From positions 15,961 to 79,960 of the forward strand of contig JBQTGV010000026.1 of the NCBI GenBank assembly GCA_052390515.1: a stretch of DNA of 64,000 nucleotides. Reading direction: 5' to 3'. The position numbers and the translations under genes are program-made. Below, in pieces: positions 21,467 to 30,656 of this stretch. The DNA is from Candidatus Eiseniibacteriota bacterium. Its GTDB lineage: Bacteria > ARS69. Below the pieces are notes generated by a model, which was given only the letters and a program-made list of their open reading frames with translations, did not search any database and was not told the origin of the DNA. Position 1 is the stretch's first letter. Each line of letters begins with the position of its first letter.

Positions 21467-21540
21467 CGTCAAGGGGAGACTCTCAGGAAGCCCCGAATCG
21501 GGGAAGCCAAGACTCGGCGACGGTGGAACGTGACGACTGA

Positions 21541-22191
21541 CTAGCGCCGGGTGGTCCTCGCCCGGTCCATCGCCCGGCGGACCCGCCGCGCCGACTCCTC
21601 GACGCGCGTTGCCTCGAACCCGTCGGCCAGCACCTCGCTGCCGAGGCCGACCGCCACGGCGCCGGCCGCCACGTACTCGGCGATCGTATCGGCCGTCGGC
21701 CCGCTGGTCGGCACGAGCGGGATGTCCGGCAGCGGCCCCCGCACCTTGCGCAGGAACTCCGGCCCGCCGAGCGGCCCTGACGGGAACACCTTCACGAGCC
21801 GGGCGCCGGCGCGGTGCGCGGTCAGGATCTCCGTCGCGGTGCCGGTTCCGGGAATGGCGAGCAGGCCGAGCCGGTGAAGCTCGGCTAGGACCGCCGCATC
21901 CAGGACCGGAGACATGCCGAAGCGCGCCCCGGCCTTCGCCACGGCGCGCGCGTCCTCCACGGTGAGCACCGTTCCGGCTCCGACGACGCACTCGCCCTCG
22001 ACCGCCAGCGCGTGGATCACGTCCAGCGCGCCCGGCGTCGTGAGCGTCACCTCCATGAGCGAGAGCCCGCCGCGCATCGCCGCCCGGCAGCCCTCCAGCG
22101 CGTGGTCCCCGTCCCGGAGGCGGACAGCCAGGAACACGCCGTCCTCCAGGGCCTCGGCCAGCGTCCTCTCGATCCCGTTGGTGGCCATCAT
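21541..22191 (-). CDS. eda: 2-dehydro-3-deoxyphosphogluconate (KDPG) / 4-hydroxy-2-oxoglutarate aldolase
   Basis: About 216 aa TIM-barrel aldolase. Blocks GVFLAVRLRDGD...EVTLTTPGALD...GAGTVLT...FGMSPVLD...KVFPSGPLGG. Schiff-base Lys region present. Start at the MMATNG double Met. Confidence 0.8.
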   Translation of the reverse strand: MMATNGIERTLAEALEDGVFLAVRLRDGDHALEGCRAAMRGGLSLMEVTLTTPGALDVIHALAVEGECVVGAGTVLTVEDARAVAKAGARFGMSPVLDAAVLAELHRLGLLAIPGTGTATEILTAHRAGARLVKVFPSGPLGGPEFLRKVRGPLPDIPLVPTSGPTADTIAEYVAAGAVAVGLGSEVLADGFEATRVEESARRVRRAMDRARTTRR

Positions 22192-22215
22192 GCTCCCAGG
22201 ATACAACTGCCGGCC
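22156..22215. repeat. Copy A of an approximately 60-bp direct repeat (eda start codon region plus 5' UTR); copy B at 27036-27095
   Basis: gccagcgtcc[t/c]ctcgatcccgtt...atgctcccaggatacaa...cggcc is shared, with about 85% identity over about 59 nt and the same orientation. Confidence 0.6.
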
Positions 22216-22437
22216 GCCGCCGGGGCGAGACCTACCCGCGGAGTGATGTGCTGCCCCGAGACCCGCGGCAGGCCTCTGCCACCCCCACGGCATCATCCTC
22301 CGGGTCCCTGACTTCCGTGGCGGGAATCGATGACGTTCTTCGTAAAGGGAGTTGAATCGCTTGCCCGCCCCAGCCATCTGGCCGGTTTGGGGCGGCCCCG
22401 CCGCTGTTCGGCGAGATACCGCTCAGGGGAGCTGACG

Positions 22438-23469
22438 ATGGCGAGATCTGAGTTTGTAGGGAGCGCGATCACGTTTCTCGTTGGGATCTCGCTTCCAGCC
22501 TGCGAGGGGGAGCGTGGAGTTGCCGGACCCGAAGGGCCGCCCGGACCCCCCGGACCGCCGGGCTCCTCCGCGGCCGGATACGAGAGTGTCCTGGATCACG
22601 GGGCCGTCCCATCGGACGGCTTGGACGACACCGCCGCCTTCCGCGCCGCGATTGGTCAGGCGCACTCGAAGGGCCCGGGCGTCCAAGCAGTCTACGTTCC
22701 CAGCGGAGTCTACGATCTCTCCGGAACGATCGACGTGACCGAAATCCACATCTTCGGCGACGGGGAGGCATCGCATCTGGCTTTCGCTCCCGCCGACGTC
22801 GACGTACTGACGGCACTGACGAAGACCCACATCCACCACCTGTCGATCGACGGCGGCGGGGACGGGACCCCCGGCAGGCTTGGTCATGGGATCAGCATCA
22901 ATCCCGGCGAAGTGGGCTTCGGCGAGAACGTCTATATCGATCACGTCATCATCCAGAACGCAAAGGCATCGGGGATCTACGGTCGCAACTTCGGGTACTC
23001 GTCGATCTCCGAGGTTCGGTGCAACGGCAGCGGTCGGCACGGACTCGATCTTGAAGCGAGCGCGTTTCCCGCCGCTGTGACCACGGTCTCGGTGGGCGGC
23101 TCGAGCGTTTTCTCCGGCACAGGCAACGGATACGGGATCCGCGTCCGCAACGCGATCGACGTGCAGTTCATCGGCGTGGTGAGCGAGCATACGCAGGGAT
23201 TCCTCATCGAGGGCGAGTACAGGAACCTGACGTTCCTGGGATGCCACCAGGAGTGGAACGAGCACCCCGCGGCGCAGGCGATCACGATCAACGGATCGGG
23301 CATCGGGCTCCTGATCGAGAACTGCTTCTTCCCGAACGCCCAGATCACCTACGCACCGTGCACCTTGGCCACGGTGCTGATCGCGAACTTCCTGGCTCCG
23401 GTCGTTGGAATGCCGTCGACCTGTACGTGCGGCAGCGAGGTGTTCGCGTGCTGGACCGTGATCCCATGA
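22438..23469 (+). CDS. Secreted protein with short collagen-like (G-X-Y)6 segment and right-handed parallel beta-helix (pectate-lyase/tailspike-like) domain
   Basis: Signal peptide MARSEFVGSAITFLVGISLPAC. GVAGPEGPPGPPGPPGSS. Then YESVLDHGAVPSDGLDDTAAFRAAIGQAH...AVYVPSGVYDLSGTIDV, the hallmark of Pectate_lyase_3/beta-helix proteins. Cys-rich C-terminus. GGGAG SD 6 nt upstream. Confidence 0.6.
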   Translation: MARSEFVGSAITFLVGISLPACEGERGVAGPEGPPGPPGPPGSSAAGYESVLDHGAVPSDGLDDTAAFRAAIGQAHSKGPGVQAVYVPSGVYDLSGTIDVTEIHIFGDGEASHLAFAPADVDVLTALTKTHIHHLSIDGGGDGTPGRLGHGISINPGEVGFGENVYIDHVIIQNAKASGIYGRNFGYSSISEVRCNGSGRHGLDLEASAFPAAVTTVSVGGSSVFSGTGNGYGIRVRNAIDVQFIGVVSEHTQGFLIEGEYRNLTFLGCHQEWNEHPAAQAITINGSGIGLLIENCFFPNAQITYAPCTLATVLIANFLAPVVGMPSTCTCGSEVFACWTVIP

Positions 23470-23595
23470 GCCCCGGGGGAGATTCGCTGCGCCCCTCCCG
23501 GACGATCGCCCTGGCCGCGCGCCGTCGGCGGACAGCTTGGCCGCGAAGCCGGCGGCCTGCTTGTTCCCGTGCGCCGTCTCTGGCACGATTCCGCC

Positions 23596-24153
23596 ATGGT
23601 ATCCGACGAATCGCCCCCCGCCCCGGCACCCGGAGCGGACGAACTGTTTCCCCTCCTCTACGCGGAGTTGCGATCCCTCGCGCGCGTCATGATGGCCAAC
23701 CGCGCCCCGGGGCAAACGCTGCAGCCCACCGCGCTCGTCCACGAGGCGTACCTCAGGATGGGGGGCGGTCGCGGCGTCACCTGGACCTCGCCGCGCCACT
23801 TCTTCCTCACCGCCGCCCAGGCGATGCGGCAGATCCTGGTGGACCAGTACCGACGGAAGCAGGCGCAGCGGCACGGTGGGGGACGACACCGCGTGGACTT
23901 GGAGTACGCCGAGCTGGCAATCGAGCCGCCCTCCACCGACCTGATCGCTCTCGATCAGGCACTTGCCGCCCTGGAGGCCCACGATCCCAGGAAGTGCCGG
24001 ATCGTCACGTTGAAGTGCTTCGCGGGACTCTCCCTTGCCGAGATTGCCGGCCTCCTTGACGTGTCCCTCCGCACCGCCGAACGGGATTGGGCATTCGCCC
24101 GCGCGTTCCTCCTGGATTTCATGAGCGATCGCCCCGCCGGGGTGCCACGTTGA
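23596..24153 (+). CDS. ECF-type RNA polymerase sigma factor of the kinase-associated subgroup
   Basis: ELFPLLYAELRSLAR, ALVHEAYLRM and C-terminal region-4 HTH (LSLAEIAGLLDVSLRTAERDW). Immediately upstream of a Ser/Thr kinase, as in ECF/STK pairs. Confidence 0.7.
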   Translation: MVSDESPPAPAPGADELFPLLYAELRSLARVMMANRAPGQTLQPTALVHEAYLRMGGGRGVTWTSPRHFFLTAAQAMRQILVDQYRRKQAQRHGGGRHRVDLEYAELAIEPPSTDLIALDQALAALEAHDPRKCRIVTLKCFAGLSLAEIAGLLDVSLRTAERDWAFARAFLLDFMSDRPAGVPR

Positions 24154-24236
24154 CGCCGCCGACGCTCGCGTAGTCTCCCCGAGCCCCCCCTACTGCCTGA
24201 GTGCGGGCTCGTCGGTCTTTGCTGTGGAGGACGCCG

Positions 24237-26870
24237 ATGGAGCCGCAGGGACACTTCCGGCTCGCCGAAGGTCTCTTCGAGGCGGCCCGGTATCTTGATC
24301 CCGCCGCGCGCGAGCGCTTCCTCGCCGAGCGCTGCGTGGAGAGCCCCGATCTCCGCGCCTATGTGGACCGCCTCCTGGCCGCGCACGACCGGTCCGGCCC
24401 GCTCCTGACGCCGGAGCTGCGCAACACCCTCCCGCCGGAGCCCGAGCCGCTGCGCCGCGACGATCGCGTGGGCCCGTACCAGATCCTGGAGCGCCTGGGC
24501 GAAGGCGGCATGGGGGTGGTGTACCTCGCGGAACAGCGCGAGCCGATCCGGCGGCAGGTGGCCCTCAAGGTCGTGAAGCCCGGAATGGACTCCCGGGCGG
24601 TTCTCGCCCGCTTCGAGGCGGAGCGGCAGGCGCTCGCACTGATGGATCACCCGCACATCGCGCGCGTGCTCGATGCGGGATCGACGGAACACGCCAGGCC
24701 GTTCTTCGCGATGGAGCTGGTCCACGGCGAGCCCATCACCGCCTACTGCGACCGGCACGGCCTGTCGAACCGCGAGCGCATCGCACTCTTCGTGCCGGTC
24801 TGCCAGGCCGTCCAGCACGCGCACCAGCGCGGCGTGATCCACCGCGACTTGAAGCCGTCGAACATCCTCGTCACGATGCAGGATGGACGGCCGATCCCCA
24901 AGATCATCGACTTCGGGATCGCGAAGGCGATCGCCTCGCCGCTGACGGACCAGACCGCGCACACGCACGTTGGACAGATCCTGGGGACTCCGGAGTACAT
25001 GAGCCCCGAACAGGCCGAGATGGGCGTGCTCGACATCGACACGCGCAGCGACATCTACTCCCTGGGGACGGTGCTGTACGAACTGCTCACGGGCAGCCTG
25101 CCCTTCTCACGCGAGACGCTGCGCGCGGCTGGCTACGCCGAGATCCGCCGCATCATTCGGGAAGTGGAGCCGCCGCGTCCGAGCACGAGGATCAGCACGC
25201 TCGGGGGCGCCGCCGCCGACGTCGCGAAGCGCCGACACACGGACGCGCGCAAGCTGACGCGGGAGCTCCAGCGAGACCTGGACTGGGTTCTGATGAAGAC
25301 GCTGGAGAAGGACCGGACGCGGCGCTACGCCAGCGTGAGCGACCTGGCGGCCGAGCTGGAGAGGTTCCTCCGCGACGAGCCCGTACTCGCGGGACCGCCG
25401 AGCTTCTCCTACCGGGCGCGCAAGTTCGCGGCGAGACATCGGACCGCGGTGGGCGCAGCGGCCGTGACGCTGCTGGCCATCGTGATCACGACGGCCGCCC
25501 TGGCCTATGCGCTGGTCGAGTCCAACCGCCAGCGCGCGGCCGCGGAGCTGGCGCGCGCCGAAGCGGTGGCAGTGCGGGACTTCCTCAAGCAGATGCTGAA
25601 GTCCGCGGATCCGAACGAGGAGGCGAACCCGGACTTGACTGTACGGGAGGCCGTGGAGAGGGCGGCGGCCACCGTCGGGGATCGGTTCGGGGAGCATCCG
25701 CTGGTCGAGGCGGAGATCCGCCAGACGATCGGGGAGCTGTTGGTGGCCCTCCGCGCGGGCGCAGCGGTCCCCCAGCTCCGGAGGGCCTACGAGATCCGCG
25801 AGCACCTGCTGGGTCCGGACGACCGGGCTACGTTGACGAGTCTCGGATATCTCGCGGTGCAGGTGGAGTGGTCAGGAGAGACCGACGAGGGCGAGGCGCT
25901 GCACCGGAAGCTCGTGGAGGCGACGGAGCGCGCGTTCGGACCGGCGGACAGCACGACCTGCGAGGCGCTGATCAACTTCGGCCGATCGCTGGCGAGACCC
26001 GGGCGGTTGGCGGAGGCGGAGTCCTGCCTCGCGAGGGCCGGCGAGATGCTCCCGAACGTCCATGCGACCGACGAGGGCCGGTCCGCCCTGCAGTCCAGCC
26101 TCTTCAACGCGCTCTGGTTCCTCCATCTCGCCCAGGGCGATGACGAGCGCGTTCTGTCCGTCGCTAGACGGGCGGCATCTCTCTCCGAAGAGAGGTTTGG
26201 GCTCTCCAACCCGGAAACACTCATCGCCCTGAACAACCTGGCATACTCGATGGCGCACGTCGGCCGCGACGCTGAGGCGCTCCCGATCCTCGAGCGCGCC
26301 CTTCCCGTGGCCCGCGCCCTCCGTGGCGGCAGCGGCAATTTCGGCGTTGCTGCGATGGAGAAGAACCTCGGGCACTGCCTCCTGGCGCTCGGACGTTTCG
26401 CGGCGGCCGAGTCCCTCTTCACGTACCTGCGCGACGTGGACTGGGGCCCCCTCGTGCCGGAGAGCAATCTCCGCGGACACCGGATTCTCACCGGGGCCGG
26501 CCGGGCCGAGGCGATCGCCGCGCAGGGGAGGACATCGGAGGCCTACCGTGAGATTCGCCCGCTCGTCGACACCCTGAGATCGGGCGGCACGGACGACAGG
26601 CCATGGCTCGACGTGGTCCTGCTGCACTACGGTCGAATCCTGGTCACGATGGACAGTCTGGACGCTTCCTTGCCAGTCTTCGAGGAGAGCGCCCGCATCG
26701 CCATGGAGATCCGCGGGCCCTCGAGGCTGACCCGAAGGCTCGCTTTGGTCGACGCCGCAGGCGTCCTGGAGCGCCTCGGCAGGACGAGCGAGGCTGACTC
26801 GCTCCTTCGAGAGGTGCCGGCGCAGTTCGTCGCCGCCCGTCGGGGGAGAACGGTCGGGTCTTCAGAGTAG
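24237..26870 (+). CDS. Ser/Thr protein kinase with one TM helix and large C-terminal TPR-like sensor domain
   Basis: Kinase subdomains GEGGMGVVYLA, VALKVVK, HRDLKPSNIL, DFGIAKA, GTPEYMSPE. TM helix AVGAAAVTLLAIVITTAALAYAL. About 430-aa helical repeat region after the TM. GGAGGA SD. Confidence 0.85.
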   Translation: MEPQGHFRLAEGLFEAARYLDPAARERFLAERCVESPDLRAYVDRLLAAHDRSGPLLTPELRNTLPPEPEPLRRDDRVGPYQILERLGEGGMGVVYLAEQREPIRRQVALKVVKPGMDSRAVLARFEAERQALALMDHPHIARVLDAGSTEHARPFFAMELVHGEPITAYCDRHGLSNRERIALFVPVCQAVQHAHQRGVIHRDLKPSNILVTMQDGRPIPKIIDFGIAKAIASPLTDQTAHTHVGQILGTPEYMSPEQAEMGVLDIDTRSDIYSLGTVLYELLTGSLPFSRETLRAAGYAEIRRIIREVEPPRPSTRISTLGGAAADVAKRRHTDARKLTRELQRDLDWVLMKTLEKDRTRRYASVSDLAAELERFLRDEPVLAGPPSFSYRARKFAARHRTAVGAAAVTLLAIVITTAALAYALVESNRQRAAAELARAEAVAVRDFLKQMLKSADPNEEANPDLTVREAVERAAATVGDRFGEHPLVEAEIRQTIGELLVALRAGAAVPQLRRAYEIREHLLGPDDRATLTSLGYLAVQVEWSGETDEGEALHRKLVEATERAFGPADSTTCEALINFGRSLARPGRLAEAESCLARAGEMLPNVHATDEGRSALQSSLFNALWFLHLAQGDDERVLSVARRAASLSEERFGLSNPETLIALNNLAYSMAHVGRDAEALPILERALPVARALRGGSGNFGVAAMEKNLGHCLLALGRFAAAESLFTYLRDVDWGPLVPESNLRGHRILTGAGRAEAIAAQGRTSEAYREIRPLVDTLRSGGTDDRPWLDVVLLHYGRILVTMDSLDASLPVFEESARIAMEIRGPSRLTRRLALVDAAGVLERLGRTSEADSLLREVPAQFVAARRGRTVGSSE

Positions 26871-26981
26871 GTCGTAGGCGGCCGCGGCGATCTTCCGCCG
26901 CGATCGTTCGCGGGATGAACGCCGCCACTCCGCGGTGGAGCTTGTGGAAGGCGCCGGCGACGACGCGCCGCCGGTCGGTTT

Positions 26982-27074
26982 CTAACGGCTCGAGTCTGCG
27001 ACCGCGGGACCCACTCGAACGACACCCTGATCAGGTGCCGCCAGCGTCCCCTCGATCCCGTTCGTCGCCGCCAT
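26982..27074 (-). pseudogene. Remnant of eda 5' end (about 30 codons: MAATNGIEGTLAAPDQGVV...), duplicated with its upstream region
   Basis: About 59 nt at 27036-27095 share approximately 85% identity with 22156-22215 (the eda start and 5' UTR). The encoded peptide matches eda MMATNGIERTLA at 10 of 12 residues, then diverges and terminates. Confidence 0.4.
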
Positions 27075-27088
27075 GCTCCCAGGATACA

Positions 27089-29314
27089 ATGACCGGCCAC
27101 GTTCCGGAGGCAACCTTGCCGGCGAACACGGCGCTCGGCCGCAGCGTCCCCCGCCGTGAAGGCTGGGCGAAGCTCACCGGCCGCGAGCTCTACGTCGACG
27201 ATCTCCCCCGCGACGGAGTCTGGCTCGGCGCCACGATCCGCGCGCGCGGGCCGCACTCGCGGGTGACCGGGATCGCCCGCGATCCCGCGTTCCCCTGGGA
27301 CAGCGTGGTCTTCGCCACCGCCGCGGACATCCCCGGGCGCAACGTGCTTCGCCTTCTCGTGGACGATCAACCGGCGCTGGCGGACGGGGTAGTGCGGCAC
27401 GCCGCCGAGGCCGTGGCGCTGATCGCCGCGCCGGATGCCGAGACGCTGGCGAAGGCGAAGCGTGCGATCACGGTGCACGAGGAGCTGCTTCCGCAGGTGC
27501 TCGACCCGGAAGCCTCCTCGCACGACTACAAGCGCATCGAGATCGTCCGGGGCGATGCCGCGCGCGCTATGCGCTCGACCGACATCGTCTTCGAGGGGGA
27601 GTACCGCTTCGGATCCCAGGAGCACATCTACATCGAGACGCAGGGAATGCAGGCGGAGTGGACGTCGGCCGGCGTCGTGATCCGGGGCTCGATGCAGTGC
27701 CCCTACTACGTCGTCCACGGGCTGGCGCCGCTGCTCGGCCTGCCGGAAGCCGCGGTCCGCGTCATCCAGTGCGCGACGGGCGGCGGCTTCGGCGGCAAGG
27801 AAGAGTACCCCACGATGATCGCCGCGCACGCCGCCATCCTGGCGCGGGAGGCGGGCCGGCCGGTGCGCATCGTCTACGACCGCGCCGAAGACATGCTGGC
27901 GACGACGAAGCGCCACCCCGGCCGCGTGCGCTTCCGCACCGGCCTCGGCAAGGACGGGCGAATCGTCGCCATGGAGGCGGACGTGCTGCTGGACGGCGGA
28001 GCGTACTGCACGCTTTCGCCGGTGGTGCTGTCCCGCGGCGCCATCCACGCAGCCGGCCCTTACGACGTTCCCGACGTGCGCGTGCTGGCTCGCGTCGTCG
28101 CGACGAACCATCCGCCCTTCGGCGCGTTCCGGGGGTTCGGCGCGCCGCAGACCATCTTCGCGCGGGAAGTGCATCTCGACGAGTGCGCGGCGCGCGTCGG
28201 GCTGGATCCGGCGGACTTCCGCCGCCGCAACGTGCTCAGAAGGGGCGGCGTGCTCTCCACCGGCCAGAACGTCGGCGACGACGTCGCCGCCGAGGAGGTG
28301 CTGGAGCGCGCGCTCGATGAGTCGCGGTACGCCGAGCGCCGCGAGGAGTTCGCCGCGTTCAACCGCCGCGAACCGTTCCGGCGCCGCGGGATCGGGCTCT
28401 CGCTCTTCCACCACGGCGCCGGATTCACCGGCAGCGGCGAGGTGGTGCTGGCGTCGACGGCCGGGCTCCGCGGCAACGCCGATGGAACCGTGACCGTGCT
28501 CTCCTCGCAGACCGAGATCGGCCAGGGCACGCGCACGATCCTCGCGCAGGCGGCGGCGGAGGGGCTCGGCGTTCCGGTGGAACTCGTGCTCACCGAAGAC
28601 CCGGACACGGCGAGCATGCCGGACTCCGGGCCGACGGTGGCCTCCCGCACGGGGATGGTGATCGGCGGGCTGCTGGTACGCGCGGGGCGGGAGCTGCGCG
28701 AGAAGCTGGAGCGCGACGCCGGCCGTGCGCTCGACGTGGACGGCGTCCGCGACACGATCGCGCGGGCGGCGGCCGGCGGCCCGCTCGTACACACCGTGCG
28801 CTACCGGCCCCCCGCGGGGAACCGGTGGGACGAGGAGCACTACCGCGGAGACGCATACGCCACGTACGCGTGGTCCTGTCAGGTCGCCGCGGTCGAAGCG
28901 GACGTACTCACCGGAGAGACGCGCGTGCTGGACGTCACATCCGTGCAGGAGGTCGGTCGCGTCATGAATCCGGTGCTCGCCGCGGGGCAGATCGAGGGTG
29001 GCGTCGCGCAGGGAGTGGGCTGGGCGCTCCTCGAGCACGTGGCGTGGAAGGACGGCGCCATGGCGAATGCGACGATGACCGATTACTCCGTGCCCACGGC
29101 GAAGGACACGCCGCCCATCCGCACGGTGTTCGTCGAGCGCACCAACCCGCGCGCACCGCACGGTGCGAAAGGACTCGGGGAGCTGCCCATGGACGGCCCC
29201 GCGCCGGCGATCGTGAACGCGCTGAACCGCGCGCTCGGGACCGAGCTGCGCTCCGTGCCGGCGACGCCGGAGATCGTGCTTCCGGCCATCGAGGCGCGGG
29301 AGGCGGCGTCGTGA
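27089..29314 (+). CDS. Molybdenum hydroxylase large (molybdopterin-binding) subunit, xanthine dehydrogenase / CO-dehydrogenase family
   Basis: About 741 aa. Ald_Xan_dh_C/C2 blocks (GGGFGGK, FRGFGAPQ, EIGQGT, LGELPM). Start MTGHVPE. Confidence 0.85.
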   Translation: MTGHVPEATLPANTALGRSVPRREGWAKLTGRELYVDDLPRDGVWLGATIRARGPHSRVTGIARDPAFPWDSVVFATAADIPGRNVLRLLVDDQPALADGVVRHAAEAVALIAAPDAETLAKAKRAITVHEELLPQVLDPEASSHDYKRIEIVRGDAARAMRSTDIVFEGEYRFGSQEHIYIETQGMQAEWTSAGVVIRGSMQCPYYVVHGLAPLLGLPEAAVRVIQCATGGGFGGKEEYPTMIAAHAAILAREAGRPVRIVYDRAEDMLATTKRHPGRVRFRTGLGKDGRIVAMEADVLLDGGAYCTLSPVVLSRGAIHAAGPYDVPDVRVLARVVATNHPPFGAFRGFGAPQTIFAREVHLDECAARVGLDPADFRRRNVLRRGGVLSTGQNVGDDVAAEEVLERALDESRYAERREEFAAFNRREPFRRRGIGLSLFHHGAGFTGSGEVVLASTAGLRGNADGTVTVLSSQTEIGQGTRTILAQAAAEGLGVPVELVLTEDPDTASMPDSGPTVASRTGMVIGGLLVRAGRELREKLERDAGRALDVDGVRDTIARAAAGGPLVHTVRYRPPAGNRWDEEHYRGDAYATYAWSCQVAAVEADVLTGETRVLDVTSVQEVGRVMNPVLAAGQIEGGVAQGVGWALLEHVAWKDGAMANATMTDYSVPTAKDTPPIRTVFVERTNPRAPHGAKGLGELPMDGPAPAIVNALNRALGTELRSVPATPEIVLPAIEAREAAS

Positions 29315-29769
29315 CAGTCCGCTTCCGCGTGAACGGCATCGACGTGCGCGTGGAGGCGCCGCCCATGAAGCGTCTGCTGGACGTCCTCCGCGAAGACCTT
29401 CGCCTCACCGGCACGAAGTACGGCTGCGGCGAGGGCGAGTGTGGCGCGTGCACCGTGCGGCTCGACGGGGAGGCGGTGATGTCCTGCCTCGTGCCGGTCG
29501 GGCAGGTGGAGGGCGCGGAGGTCCGCACCGTCGAGGCGATGGCGGCGGACGGTCCGGCCCCGCTGCAGCGCGCCTTCCTGGAATGCGGCGGCGCGCAGTG
29601 CGGCATCTGCACGCCGGGGATGCTGCTCGCCGCGGAGGATCATCTGGCCCACGGCGGCGCGACGGACGACGACGCGCTGCGCGAGGCGCTGGCCGGGAAC
29701 ATCTGCCGATGCACCGGCTACACGAAGGTCCTGGACGCGGTGCGGCGCGCCGCGGGAGGTGGCGCATGA
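29311..29769 (+). CDS. Mo-hydroxylase small subunit, [2Fe-2S] iron-sulfur protein
   Basis: CGEGECGACTV (plant-type 2Fe-2S) plus CGICTPG...CRCTGY (second cluster). GTG start overlapping the large-subunit stop (GTGA). Confidence 0.85.
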   Translation: MTVRFRVNGIDVRVEAPPMKRLLDVLREDLRLTGTKYGCGEGECGACTVRLDGEAVMSCLVPVGQVEGAEVRTVEAMAADGPAPLQRAFLECGGAQCGICTPGMLLAAEDHLAHGGATDDDALREALAGNICRCTGYTKVLDAVRRAAGGGA

Positions 29770-30656
29770 GCGAGCTTTACCGGCCGCTCGGACTGGACGA
29801 CGCGCTCGCATTCCTCGCCGCGCACGCCTCCGAAGGGTGGCAGCCGGTCGCCGGCGGCACCGACGTGATGGTCGCGCTGAACTACGGCAAGGAGCCGACA
29901 AGGCGGTGGCTCGATCTGGCGCCGGTGCGCGCGGAGCTCGCCGCCGTGCGCCGCGAGGGCGAGCTGGTGCGCGTCGGCGGCTGCGCGACGATGAGCGAGC
30001 TGCGTCGCTCGGAGCTGCTGGCCCGCGCGTGTCCGCTCATCGCGGAGGCCGCCGCTACCGTGGGCGCGGTGCAGATCCAGAACCGGGCGACGGTCGCGGG
30101 CAACATCGTGAACGCTTCGCCGGCGGGAGACACGCTGCCGGTGTGGCTCGTGCTGGACGCGGAAGTGGAGCTCGTCTCCGCCGCCGGGACGCGGCGCGTC
30201 CCCTACGCTCGCTTCACGACCGCCTACCGGACGACGGAGCGCCGCCCCGATGAGCTCGTCTCCGCGGTGCTGTTCGCCCCGCTGCCCGTCGAACGCACGC
30301 GGATCCTGTTTCGCAAGGTGGGGACGCGCGCCGCGCAGGCGATCAGCAAGGTCGTGCTCGCGGCGGTGGCGCGGACCGACGCGGGCGGCCTCTACGAGGA
30401 CGTGCGGCTCGCGTTCGGGAGTATGGCGGCGGTGCCGGTGCGAGCGTCCGAGGCGGAGGCCGCCGCGAAGGGCCGGCCCGCGGATCCGGAAACGGGACGC
30501 GCCGCGGCTGCGAAGCTCGCGGCGCATCTCTCGCCGATCGACGACGTGCGCTCCACGGCGGATTACCGGTGGCGCGTCGCGCGGAATCTCGTGCGGGAGT
30601 TTCTGGCGGGGCGCCTCGGCTCGTCCGTCCGAGACGCCCCCCGGTCAGCCGGCTAG
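29766..30656 (+). CDS. Mo-hydroxylase medium subunit, FAD-binding (CoxM/XdhB-like)
   Basis: AGGTDVMV FAD motif and CO_deh_flav_C-like C-terminus. ATG overlaps the small-subunit stop (ATGA). Confidence 0.8.
   Translation: MSELYRPLGLDDALAFLAAHASEGWQPVAGGTDVMVALNYGKEPTRRWLDLAPVRAELAAVRREGELVRVGGCATMSELRRSELLARACPLIAEAAATVGAVQIQNRATVAGNIVNASPAGDTLPVWLVLDAEVELVSAAGTRRVPYARFTTAYRTTERRPDELVSAVLFAPLPVERTRILFRKVGTRAAQAISKVVLAAVARTDAGGLYEDVRLAFGSMAAVPVRASEAEAAAKGRPADPETGRAAAAKLAAHLSPIDDVRSTADYRWRVARNLVREFLAGRLGSSVRDAPRSAG

Noticed and set aside
26627-29161. 844-aa minus-strand ORF opposite the Mo-hydroxylase large subunit
   Set aside because: Antisense artefact. The plus-strand gene has unambiguous molybdopterin-hydroxylase motifs.
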